The notes under the pieces: generated by a model | The model's database searches: none | Seen by the model: only the letters and a program-made list of their open reading frames with translations | Told to the model about the DNA's origin: nothing | NCBI GenBank assembly: GCA_000934665.2 | Contig: JYFJ02001342.1 | Span: 62,001-82,423 of the forward strand | Direction of reading: 5' to 3' | DNA length: 20,423 nucleotides | From: Catajapyx aquilonaris | Taxonomy: Eukaryota | Part shown: piece by piece, positions 11,898-20,423 of the stretch | How positions within the stretch are numbered: the stretch's first letter is position 1 | Layout of the letters: every line of letters starts with the position of its first letter | Program-made: the position numbers and the translations under genes

Positions 11898-12101
11898 GGA
11901 GGTCCTTTCACTATCACTGGTTTTTGCCCAGAAGGAAATCATGCAGCAGTTTTTATTGGTCAATGTCGAATATGTGGTAGAAAAGCAATCATTTCAGGCT
12001 CATGGATCATGCTCATGGCTGCAAATAACTGCCCCAATCTACAAAATCAGATTCTTCACAGCCATGATATCATGCACAAAGTTGGAGATTTTCAGAAATA
12101 A
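11898..12101 (+). CDS. Avidin-like secreted protein, last coding exon
   Basis: Acceptor TTATTTCAG|GGA. GGPFTITGFCPEGNHAAVFIGQCRICGRKAIISGSWIML...HDIMHKV matches avidin VFTGQC...TMWLL...NIFTRL. Stop TAA at 12099-12101. Confidence 0.83.
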   Translation, partial: GGPFTITGFCPEGNHAAVFIGQCRICGRKAIISGSWIMLMAANNCPNLQNQILHSHDIMHKVGDFQK

Positions 12102-12202
12102 AAGGCTCTCTTCTTTTCATTTTCTTATTTTAAAACACTTACAACTTGACTAGTACAAAGTCAGGTGTAAAAGTAACAAACGTGTGACTAGATGTAAATA
12201 AA
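12097..12202 (+). promoter_or_regulatory. Candidate polyadenylation signals (AATAAA) of the avidin-like gene
   Basis: AATAAA at 12097-12102 (overlapping the stop codon) and at 12197-12202. Confidence 0.5.
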
Positions 12203-12228
12203 AATACAAAATAATATATTGAGCTCAT

Positions 12229-12400
12229 TTATGAATGGGACATAGACTCTTGTTGAACAGATTTCAAAACATTGATCCCTTTGACAGTTATTCTGAGGGT
12301 GCCAATATTGCGTCCTTTATCAAGATCCTTCACTGGTACCTTTTTATCCTCCAGATCGTGACCATTTCGCAGCATCTGATGAAGATCCACATCTGAAAAA
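12229..12400 (-). CDS. RPGRIP1L: RPGRIP1L-like (fantom), terminal coding exon
   Basis: Acceptor CTGCCTAG|T. (G)FSDVDLHQMLRNGHDLEDKKVPV...IGTLRITVKGINVLKSV...*, resembling the end of the RPGRIP1/1L C-terminal C2-fold domain. Stop TAA at 12231-12229. Confidence 0.88.
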
Positions 12401-12790
12401 CTAGGCAGAAACAGATTGCAGTATTATCCTGAAAATGATTATTCGTTGCAAGGTACTGTGTATATTAGCAAAGCTAGTTTATCATAAAAGTGCATAATTT
12501 CCTGTATTCAATGTTGGTAAGTGATCCATGTGACATCTAAGAACAAAGTCGGTAATTACTTTCAGCATCATTGTGCACGATGAGGCCTAAGAATTTTTAA
12601 GTATCTCTGGCTACTCTTTTGCAACACTCATACAGGGTTCAGATAATTGAAAGTGGACCAGTCAAATGAGTGCCTAATGTCATACTAGGATGTTACCATC
12701 CATGGCAGTGTACATTACTGCAGCACTACTCTACCTCCCCAGCACTTAACTGCAGCACTTAGAAATCAACACACATCATCACACACTTAC

Positions 12791-12941
12791 CCAATATCCT
12801 GATTATCCAGGTTCTCCTTATCTTCAGGAGGTTCACTCACTACTGTGAAACGCACCAGGCACGGTTTTCCTGAATCTGGGCTAAGCATGTTACCAAGCAT
12901 CTTTCTCCTTTTGGCATGAACTTTTGGATCCATTGAAATAA
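12791..12941 (-). CDS. RPGRIP1L: RPGRIP1L-like exon (RPGR-interacting domain)
   Basis: Acceptor TTTTGCAG| and donor |GTAAGT. VRFTVVSEPPEDKENLDNQDIG resembles vertebrate [22 protein letters not shown]. Phase 1 in, phase 2 out. Confidence 0.92.
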
Positions 12942-13027
12942 CTGCAAAATTAACACCACTAGATATTGGTAGGATACCGGTACTTCAAAAGCAGAAATCC
13001 AGCAACAATATTAATGGCACCCCAAAC

Positions 13028-13235
13028 CTGTTTTGTATTTAAAATTCATAGGCTGTTCTGCTTTCTTTGGGAGAGGCAAAGCAAATGGAGTTTCTGTCTC
13101 TTCAGGAGGTACGTCCAAGAATGGGAACTCTACAAACACTCCAGCAATCACTGATGGGCCCTTTTTCATTGCCTTGCACTTCTTGGACAGAGTAAGAATT
13201 CCTACACCAATCTCAATGTTGCTGTCTACATCCTT
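13028..13235 (-). CDS. RPGRIP1L: RPGRIP1L-like exon (RPGR-interacting domain)
   Basis: Acceptor TTTTCAG|AAG and donor CAG|GTTTGG. VFVEFPFLDVPPEETETPFALPLPK carries the FVE...ETP.SLP.P signature. Confidence 0.9.
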
Positions 13236-13445
13236 CTGAAAAACAAGTGAAAGAAAAAGGTGCAATGCAATTGCTTGTGCAAAATTAATAACTGCCCCTT
13301 TCAATGTAAATCAAGCAAAAAGCAGCAAAAATCAGGCACAATACATTATAGAATATTGGTAATTCATTCCAACACATCCAGATTTCATGTGGCAGTTATC
13401 AATGAGGCAAATCCATAAGTTAATAATGTTATAAAAACTCCGAAC

Positions 13446-13985
13446 CTTAGATGTTGCTTCTCCTGAAGGTATGTTAGCAACAACAACTCCTTCACTATCC
13501 CCACTACTAGTCACGCTGCTGCTGTCCAGAGATGGTTGCTGATGAACTTCAGCAATTACAGTTTCTTTCTTCTTAGGCTCCACCACACTTTCTTTTTCTT
13601 CTTCCTTCTCTTTTACTGTCTTTCTTTCTTCTGTCTCATCTCCTTCCTCTACTCCCTCCTCCTCCTCACCCACCTCCTGCTCTGCTTCTGCTGCTTCGCC
13701 CTCAAGAGGTTCGCTTTCTTCCTGATGTTCATCATCATCTTCATCAAACATTGTGTCATCTTCATAGTCTGTGTCAACTGCCTCCTCTGACACATTTTCC
13801 CTTTGTTTATCTTGTTCTTCTGGATCCTGGGATTCCTCTTCCTGTGTGGACTCACTCACCTCTTCCACTATGCTTAGTGTTTGCAAGGTGCTTGGCATGT
13901 CAGTTGACTTTTCAGATTTCTCCAATTCTTCTGGTGTGGTTTCATGTGACTGAGGAACAGCTACCCTTGGACTTGCCTTAGGAAC
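13446..13985 (-). CDS. RPGRIP1L: RPGRIP1L-like exon (acidic low-complexity linker)
   Basis: E/D-rich ORF ending SSGDSEGVVV...; donor AAG|GTTCGG. The acceptor TCAAG|GTT at 13985 is in frame but uncertain; an in-frame alternative starts at 13976. Confidence 0.8.
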
Positions 13986-14112
13986 CTTGATATTTAAAAA
14001 TTGAGAATTTTTTTTAAAGCGAAAAATGCATCACCAAGAGACAAAACCTCACATGACATTCAGATGATAACAATCATAACAAGAAATGAAACACCAGAAG
14101 GTAAAGTGTTAC

Positions 14113-14415
14113 CTTAGCTTTGGGTGAAACTGCTACTCCTTGAGTATTATCTCCTTCATAATGAGCTGTCCCTTCGACTGGCAATTCTTTCCTTTCTGCT
14201 TCCTTAGAAGGTTTCTGATTTGGAACTACTGTCTGCCCTCGCTTCCTTGGAAGGACTCTAGGTGCTGGTGCAGGAAGCTTTGGTCTTGCTTGCCTCTCAC
14301 TTGCTTTTGCTTCTCCATTGCTTAGCTGTTCTTTTTCTCCCGGAAGTAACGTAATAGTAGGAGAGGTCACCATTGGTAGGGAACTAAGCAAAGTGTCAGA
14401 TGCATCTATAGCTTT
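14113..14415 (-). CDS. RPGRIP1L: RPGRIP1L-like exon (P/K-rich linker)
   Basis: Acceptor TATTTTCAG|AAA and donor AAG|GTAACA. 303 nt, phase 0-0, contains PAPAPR. Confidence 0.83.
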
Positions 14416-14574
14416 CTGAAAATAGATTTCAACAAGGGCACAATCGTTTTACATAGTATATAAAAGTCTATTTCAATTTCATCAGACGCCAAACTGTTCT
14501 TGAGAAAATTTGTATAGGTGATTAGGTGGTATACTCAAGCATAAGAATAGCAAACATTCTCACAACCGACTCAC

Positions 14575-15189
14575 CTGTCCATGCTCAACCTGCCACCAAA
14601 TCTGGCTGGCTTGCATCCTGAAGCTGTACTCCAAGGTTGCTAAATCTCTGTTATCATCACTAAGTCCATGTAGAGTCACCATCCCATGCAAACGGTTGGA
14701 TGGGAAGGTAAGTAATTCTGAGAACTGCAGTTCCCCTCTGGCTATAATCCTCGAGTCATCCTCCCCAACAGCCAAATGCAACTCCACCCTGGTTCCACCC
14801 CTCCGCAGAAAGTCATTCCAATGAGCATCAAGATCCACCGGATACACAGAGCACAAGTGGAAGTTTGCCTTGGGACCAGAAACCACAGCAGTGTATTGCA
14901 AATCCCGACCCATAAAAGACCAAGTGGCAAAGACCCGTGGAGATGGATGACCCACAACTGAAAGGCCTTCAGAAGTGAGAGTGGCCATGCGGATCTGCAG
15001 CTCAAACAGGCCCTGGCCAGGGCCAACACTCAGAGAAGAAGCAAGTACATCAGAAGGTTCCAAGGTGCCATTTGAGGTCTCCAATGAATGGATGCGATTG
15101 GCACGGAGATTAAGAAGTCGAGTGTACTCACGTAGGCGGGCAGCATGGTCCACCTGGACTTCAGATAAGTGCTGGGTCAGGAGTGATAC
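14575..15189 (-). CDS. RPGRIP1L: RPGRIP1L-like exon (end of coiled coil plus first C2 domain, C2-C2_1/DUF3250)
   Basis: Acceptor TTCTTTTAG|GTA and donor CAG|GTGAGT. YTRLLNLRANRIHSLE and GQGLFELQI...FATWSF...QYTAVVSG...LATLEYSFRM. 615 nt, phase 0-0. Confidence 0.93.
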
Positions 15190-15920
15190 CTAAAAGAAAG
15201 TGAAATAGTAACTTTGATTAAAGTCTGCACCAGTTACTTGCATTGAAAAATGCATGCTATAAAGATTTTTTGATTATTCCAATATTTTAACAGTATCCAA
15301 TGTGAAACCCATCTGATTAATTGAATAGAAGAACCCTTACTGACCGAACTAAATAACAGTGATTCCACCAATATGTATCTCAGTAATGAGTAGATTTGAT
15401 ATTTAAACAACTTAATATGTTATCACCTGCCCATGCAATCTTATTTTGTATAACTTAACGAAATGCATACCGGTACTAATCTTGTGTAATAAGTGCGTAT
15501 CAGAAGTAGGCCTTCTCACCCTGACATAAAATTGGAACATTGGAACAAATTTACGAAGCAGGCAAAAAAATTCAACTGAAATTATGGTCATGGAAAACAA
15601 TTTATTGCAGGATTAACAGGAAAATTGCAATCCACTAAAAGTCTAAAGAGAGGTTGCAGATGACAACAAGGCCCCTAATCTAGTCTGATCACCATGGGTA
15701 GCTTACCTGCCTGGGTAACTGGTTGTTTACTTCTAGCATTTTATATATTGCCATGAGGAGAAAAGCTACCCAGGGCAATAAGACTAGAAGGTAATGAATC
15801 ACAACATTTATGATGCCCTCTATTTGCACTCACATCATCCATTACTTTCAACGGGATCCATAATGTAACATGAGATCTTTGATATGCTTTTGGCCAATCA
15901 TTAACCTTCCGAATTAGTTT

Positions 15921-16309
15921 GGGGCTGTCCATAATCCGCGCGGACATATTTTTTCACTTTTTTACCTCCTCCCCTCCCCTTTGCGGACAGAAGCAGACAA
16001 TATATTACTTCCCCCCCTAAAAATTACGTGGACATGGCCTCCTTGACCCCCCCTCCCTTCACCGTGAAAGTGTTATTTTCAATAGGCCTACATTTGTATT
16101 TATATTTTTTATATCTACACACAAATTTGACAAATTTGGTATATTTGACATGTCTGACTAAGAAATGGGCAAGTCCTTAATATTAATTTAACGTTTATTG
16201 TCCACGAGTACAACAGACCTCTACCCCCACCCCCCTGTACAGACAAAAGCGGACAAAGTGCAACCCCCCTCTCCCCCTTCACTTGTCCACGCGGATTATG
16301 GACGGCCCC
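15921..16309. mobile_element. MITE with 26-bp GGGG...CCCC TIRs and 3-bp TSD (Zator- or PIF/Harbinger-type ends)
   Basis: GGGGCTGTCCATAATCCGCGCGGACA versus TGTCCACGCGGATTATGGACGGCCCC (24/26 match as inverted repeats). TTT on both flanks. Confidence 0.88.
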
Positions 16310-16370
16310 TTTCTGCAAGTGAGCCTCATTTACCAGAACAGAAGATTGAAATAGTTAATCTATACAAAAC

Positions 16371-16829
16371 CTGAGTCTTGTAGTCCTGGTTGATGCGATG
16401 CTGTATCCCCAACAGATGCCTAGTCTTCTCCAGTTCCTCTGCAGTCTCCAGGAACTGGGCTCTCAGTAGAGCCACTTCCTCACTCCTCTCTAGGTTGCCT
16501 ATATTCTCTGGGGTCTCCCTCACAAAAAGAGGTTTCCTGATCATGGCTGATACTGAAGCTACTTCTTCATCAGGAACTTTAGGAGATTGAATCACTTCTG
16601 GGGGTTCCACTCGAAGAAACTTTGGTTCCTGGATGTCAAAGTCCTTCCTCTGTTCCTCATTTGTGAGTGTCACATTTGACTCTCGTAACTGAGCCATGTG
16701 CTTTTCCTGCTCCCTGAGTTGCAACTCCAATGCCCGGCATCTTTGCCTTTCCTCTTCCAGCCTCCCCAAAAGAGTAGATTGCTCTTGGAGATCTGACTTG
16801 ACAGTAGCTTCCAGTTGGGCAATCTGCAG
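16371..16829 (-). CDS. RPGRIP1L: RPGRIP1L-like exon (coiled coil)
   Basis: Acceptor TTACAG|CTG and donor CAG|GTTTTG. LQIAQLEATVKSDL and ETAEELEKTRHLLGIQHRINQDYK are family-typical motifs. 459 nt. Confidence 0.93.
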
Positions 16830-17161
16830 CTGTAATTTCAGGTACATGTAGGGTGTGTTGAAAATAGGATACAAGCATAATACTGTAGCAGTCACTTTCC
16901 ACAAATTTGGCTTCTGCTCTGGTGTTTCCCCATTTGCTTTGTACAAGCCAGCCATTTTAACACTGGACTCCTCCTCGGATTATTAGGGGCTTTATATATA
17001 CTGGATTGTAAATTCTGGGACCATAAAGTAACTTCATACTAAGCTACCTAATATCCAAATTTTGTCTTATCCAACCTACAGAGCCAGAAATCACTACTCT
17101 CTGGTGGAGAATTGGTTTCACTTCGTCATATATGGATTTCATTTTATTCTTCTTCTTATTA

Positions 17162-17241
17162 CAGTATTACCTCACGTTACGCGACATGCCGCTATAACCC
17201 AGGGGTGTCCGAAATGCCGCAATAACAGAGGTAGAATTCTG
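17162..17241. mobile_element. Tiny degenerate Tigger/pogo-type MITE
   Basis: TA|CAGTATTACCTC...GAGGTAGAATTCTG|TA: imperfect inverted termini with TA flanks. Confidence 0.5.
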
Positions 17242-17582
17242 TAATTTTGATCCTTGTCTTTTTTTAATGGAATGCTTCTAGTACCATACTGAAACTATGT
17301 TACGATGAAAATGGGCAAGTGTAGAGTCAACTCTTCAAGAGGACAGTGATGATGGCTTTCCATTTCTATGCACACAGATGACATCACTAGAATTGTCTAT
17401 TGATTACTTCTGCAGTGATGCTTCCCAGCCAAAATGTTTCATCTTGACGTAAATCAATAAATTTCCTCACCACCCCCATATTGCAGATAATAAACAGTTC
17501 ACACTACATTGTACAGTATTGGTATTTGTTAACCATTTTAATAATTAATTTCACCAACACTTCATGAGTTAGATATACTCAC

Positions 17583-17684
17583 TTTCAGGCTATCTATGGT
17601 GTCCAGATGCTGCTTCTCCTTCTCTGAATTCAAGGCAGCTCCCACAAGCTTCTCATTTGTCTTCTGTAGCAGTTCATTGTCAAG
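17583..17684 (-). CDS. RPGRIP1L: RPGRIP1L-like exon (coiled coil)
   Basis: Acceptor TTCTTGCAG|CTT and donor AAA|GTGAGT. LDNELLQKTNEKLVGAALNSEKEKQHLDTIDSLK, 102 nt. Absent from the ORF track. Confidence 0.87.
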
Positions 17685-17743
17685 CTGCAAGAACAATTCA
17701 TTTGCACAAGGTTTCAGAAATGTACAGGAACCAACACACTAAC

Positions 17744-17868
17744 CTGCAGATCAGACAGTTGCTGCTGATATTCCTTGACTGTCTGCTTGGCTAGGATGCT
17801 CTCCCTCACCTCACCCTGTAGCTCCAAGTAATTACTCTTCTCTTGCTGCAGCTGCTCCTTCACTTTAT
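17744..17868 (-). CDS. RPGRIP1L: RPGRIP1L-like exon (coiled coil)
   Basis: Acceptor CATTTTAG|AT and donor CAG|GTTAGT. (D)KVKEQLQQEKSNYLELQ...YQQQLSDLQ. Phase 1 in, phase 0 out. Confidence 0.87.
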
Positions 17869-17896
17869 CTAAAATGAACAATGATGGATATTTATA

Positions 17897-18621
17897 TTAG
17901 GTGGAGTCAATAAGTACCCGCCCCGGTCCCAGGAGGCCGGTAGGTGACGGTGGAGACAGGTGCTGCTGTGCTTGGCTGTGAGGGACATTCGCAGTTGCCA
18001 ACCTGGCCAAGGGTATGCTGCAGAAATGTTGTTCATGATATCAAGTGTGTCCAAGGAGGACGAACGGGCAGTGATTGCTGCAGTGATTTAGTTCCTGTGT
18101 GGGGAGGGAAAGGAACCGAAGGCAATTCATACGTGCATAAGGGCTGTGTATGGAGACACTTGCATGGCGTACAAGACAGCAAAGGACTGGGTCCGCCATT
18201 TCTGCAGTGGCCGACAAGGCACGTCGGACATGGCACGGCTAGGCCGACCTGTTACCGCCTCCACCGATGCAAGCATAGTGTGAGTCAAGGGGGGACCCAG
18301 TCCTTCACTGTCGTGTACGCCATGCAAGTGTCTCCATACACAGCCCTCATGCGCATATGAATCGCCTTCGGTTCCTCTCCCTCCGCACACAGGAACTGAA
18401 TCGCTGCGGCAATCACTGCCCATTCGTCCTTCTTGGACACACCTGATATTGTGAACGACATTTTCCAACTCTATACCGCAGCTACTATGCAGCACACCTC
18501 GTTCACCCCTGGCCAGGTTGGCGACTGCAAATGTACCTCACAGCAAAGCGCAGCAGCACAGGTCTCCATCGTCACCTGCCGGGCTCCCACGGCCGGGGTG
18601 AGTACTTATTGACTAGACTAG
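17897..18621. mobile_element. Mariner-derived foldback element (two inverted copies of the transposon 5' end)
   Basis: Arms 17897-18194 and 18293-18621 are inverted copies with AGTCAATAAGTAC termini and TA flanks. Both arms encode a mariner N-terminal HTH fragment, e.g. AIQFLCAEGEEPKAIHMRMRAVYGDTCM. Confidence 0.92.
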
Positions 18622-18780
18622 TACTTACAGCTACTTCCACTTTTTCCACCACCCTTTTTAGTCATAAGTATGAAAATCATGTCAATAAATATTTCTACAC
18701 TTTCTCTTAAATGAATTAACTTGCACCTTCATGAAGCACATGGGCAAAAGACAGTGGTACTACTGAAAAATCTTATTTAC

Positions 18781-19018
18781 CCAATTCTTTCCTGATCATT
18801 TCTGCAGCTGTCCTTTCCTGTTTGAGTACTTCATCTGCCTGTCTACACTCTGCTGCTAGTGCTTCTGTCTTCGCTTCCGCTTCTTGAAGGTCTCTCCGCA
18901 TGTGAATGACACCAAGCTCATCTTGAAGCTCATGTTCATGCGTCTGAGACAATTGTTCCCTCAGAGACATCAATTCTTCTTCTTGTTCCATTTCCCGCAG
19001 CCGTGACTCCTCATTTGC
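18781..19018 (-). CDS. RPGRIP1L: RPGRIP1L-like exon (first coding exon visible in window; coiled coil)
   Basis: Acceptor GAGCAG|GCA and donor TTGG|GTAAAT. ANEESRLREMEQEEELMSLREQL...RKEL. Its phase-1 end matches the next exon. Upstream exons lie outside the window. Confidence 0.8.
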
Positions 19019-19370
19019 CTGCTCATGGTGGGGAAATATCAGCCAACACACTTGGGTTAAGATACAACTGAATTCATTATTTTGTATATGTTCATATGTG
19101 AAGAACAATAATGATAAATTGCACATACTCTGCTTTACAAGAGCATACAAGAGGTTAGATGAGCATGAGGAGTGAGAGTCCTTTCTTCAAAAATACATCC
19201 TGTTTCTGGCCTGCTAGCTGCTACCAATATTACATACCAGTACTGCATTGTACGAGTATTTGCAATTGAAAACAAAACTGAAACAATATCTTTTCTAAAG
19301 AATATCACACTTTTTATACATTTTTATTACCCTACTGGCCTCCAAAGTCATTATGGGGAATACTTTATGA

Positions 19371-20000
19371 AGGTAAAATCTCGTTACAATGAAACCAGCG
19401 GAACCGGAGAAATATTTTCGTAATAACGGAATTTCATTAAATCGAGATTGGCTATTTTTATTTCCGAAATTCAGAGTGCCTTAGAGGTTACAAACAAATA
19501 TCACTTCTGATCCCCCAAATTGTGAATTAAGAGGGAGAGAGGTCAAACAAGTCAAAAGTAAATATATCAAATTATGCCCTGTCCAGAAAAGCAGTCATTA
19601 TGGTTTGAACCAGGTGTCGGGATTCACTTGCCATTAGGTAAGTTTCAACACCAGCAACGTGATGGAAGATTGCATCCGGGATGTCAACGCAAGTGGTCAA
19701 GAAGCACTTGACTCTTTCCATTGCAGAAAGTGCATCTCTGACTGTCATTGTCTCTTCGTGATGCTCGTCCCCCACATCTTCACCCTCAGTGTCACTGTCC
19801 TCTGAGTCATGTGTGGGAACCACATCGGTACTTCTTGGCGCCACCCCCGCAAGTATATGTCTGAATCTGTCAACTCCTGGCACGCTTGTACGTCGTTATC
19901 TGCTGCTACAAAATCGTGGAAGATAACTTCATCCGCCACACCGGCATCGGTGATTTCAGCGACTGACCTCCACACAGACAGGTCGTCAGGTAGACCTGAG
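19371..20000 (-). mobile_element. pogo/Tigger transposon relic (C-terminal transposase, frameshifted)
   Basis: FHDFVAADNDVQACQELTDSDI, a frameshift near 19857, then an acidic tract, TVRDALSAMERVKCFL and terminal VQTIMTAFL, typical of the Tigger C-terminus. Degenerate TIR GTAAAATCTCGTTACAATGAA near 19373. Confidence 0.82.
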
Positions 20001-20002
20001 TA

Positions 20003-20423
20003 CAGGGTGGGGCAAAAGTCATTGGCTGGTTTAAACGACGCAGCATGGCGTAAGTAACGAACAATTATATTTAAAAAAAATTACACTACACAGAGAAAGA
20101 TGTGCCATTTATGGATCAATGTCCAAAAAAAGTCACTTCTTGAAAACAACGCTGGATAGATGTCCACCTGTTTGCGGGCAACACATATTCCTCCAAACGC
20201 CGGACGAAACCCTTCTTAACACGCTCCAGCAAGTCCAGGGAATTGTTTCTCATGGCATGTCTTATCTGATCCTTAAGATCAGCCAATGGCTGAGGACATG
20301 TGGCAAACACCAAACTCTTCAGGTACCCCCACAAGAAGAAGTCAGGGGTGGGCAAATCCGGCAACTGCGACGGCCAAGGAATGTCCCCAAATCTCGAAAT
20401 GACCCTCCCAGGAAACACTTGAC
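20003..20423 (-). mobile_element. Tc1/mariner-superfamily transposon 3' end (DDxD type, rosa/DD41D-like), continues beyond the window
   Basis: FPGRVISRFGDIPWPSQLPDLPTPDFFLWGYLKS is a decayed WPPRSPDLxPxDFFLWGYLK motif. Terminus TA|CAGGGTGGGGCAAAAGTC at 20001-20020. Confidence 0.88.

Noticed and set aside
13536..13790. Hydrophobic plus-strand ORF resembling a membrane protein
   Set aside because: It is the antisense shadow of the Glu/Lys-rich RPGRIP1L exon.
17944..18495. Two similar opposite-strand ORFs (138 aa and 122 aa) as a duplicated gene pair
   Set aside because: They are off-frame readings of the mariner foldback arms; the transposase similarity lies in another frame.
18622..18660. 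Possible micro-exon ending in CT|GTAAGTA beside the foldback
   Set aside because: Without the insertion the intron would be only about 33 nt, and the flanking exons already join in phase.

Overview
Eukaryotic, intron-rich, transposon-rich genomic DNA from an animal, probably an arthropod; the species cannot be determined from the sequence. Two spliced genes can be assembled by hand with GT-AG junctions and consistent phases, and they converge tail-to-tail. (1) Plus strand, 4 coding exons (7652-7747, 7887-8103, 10950-11140, 11898-12101; about 235 aa): a secreted protein with a signal peptide, an acidic/helical N-terminal extension and a divergent avidin-like domain resembling that of fibropellin. 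The ORF track does not show this gene as a unit. (2) Minus strand, the last 10 coding exons (19018 to 12229; 970 aa in window) of an RPGRIP1L/RPGRIP1 (fantom/MKS5) ciliary transition-zone gene, with coiled coil, first C2 domain and C-terminal RPGR-interacting domain, but apparently no central C2 domain. The remainder holds Tc1/mariner and pogo/Tigger relics (one nested in the other), two tRNA-derived SINEs (one with a V-domain-like core), several MITEs with readable TIRs and TSDs, and a 725-bp mariner-derived foldback beside a splice acceptor. All family assignments rest on recalled motifs; no searches were run.
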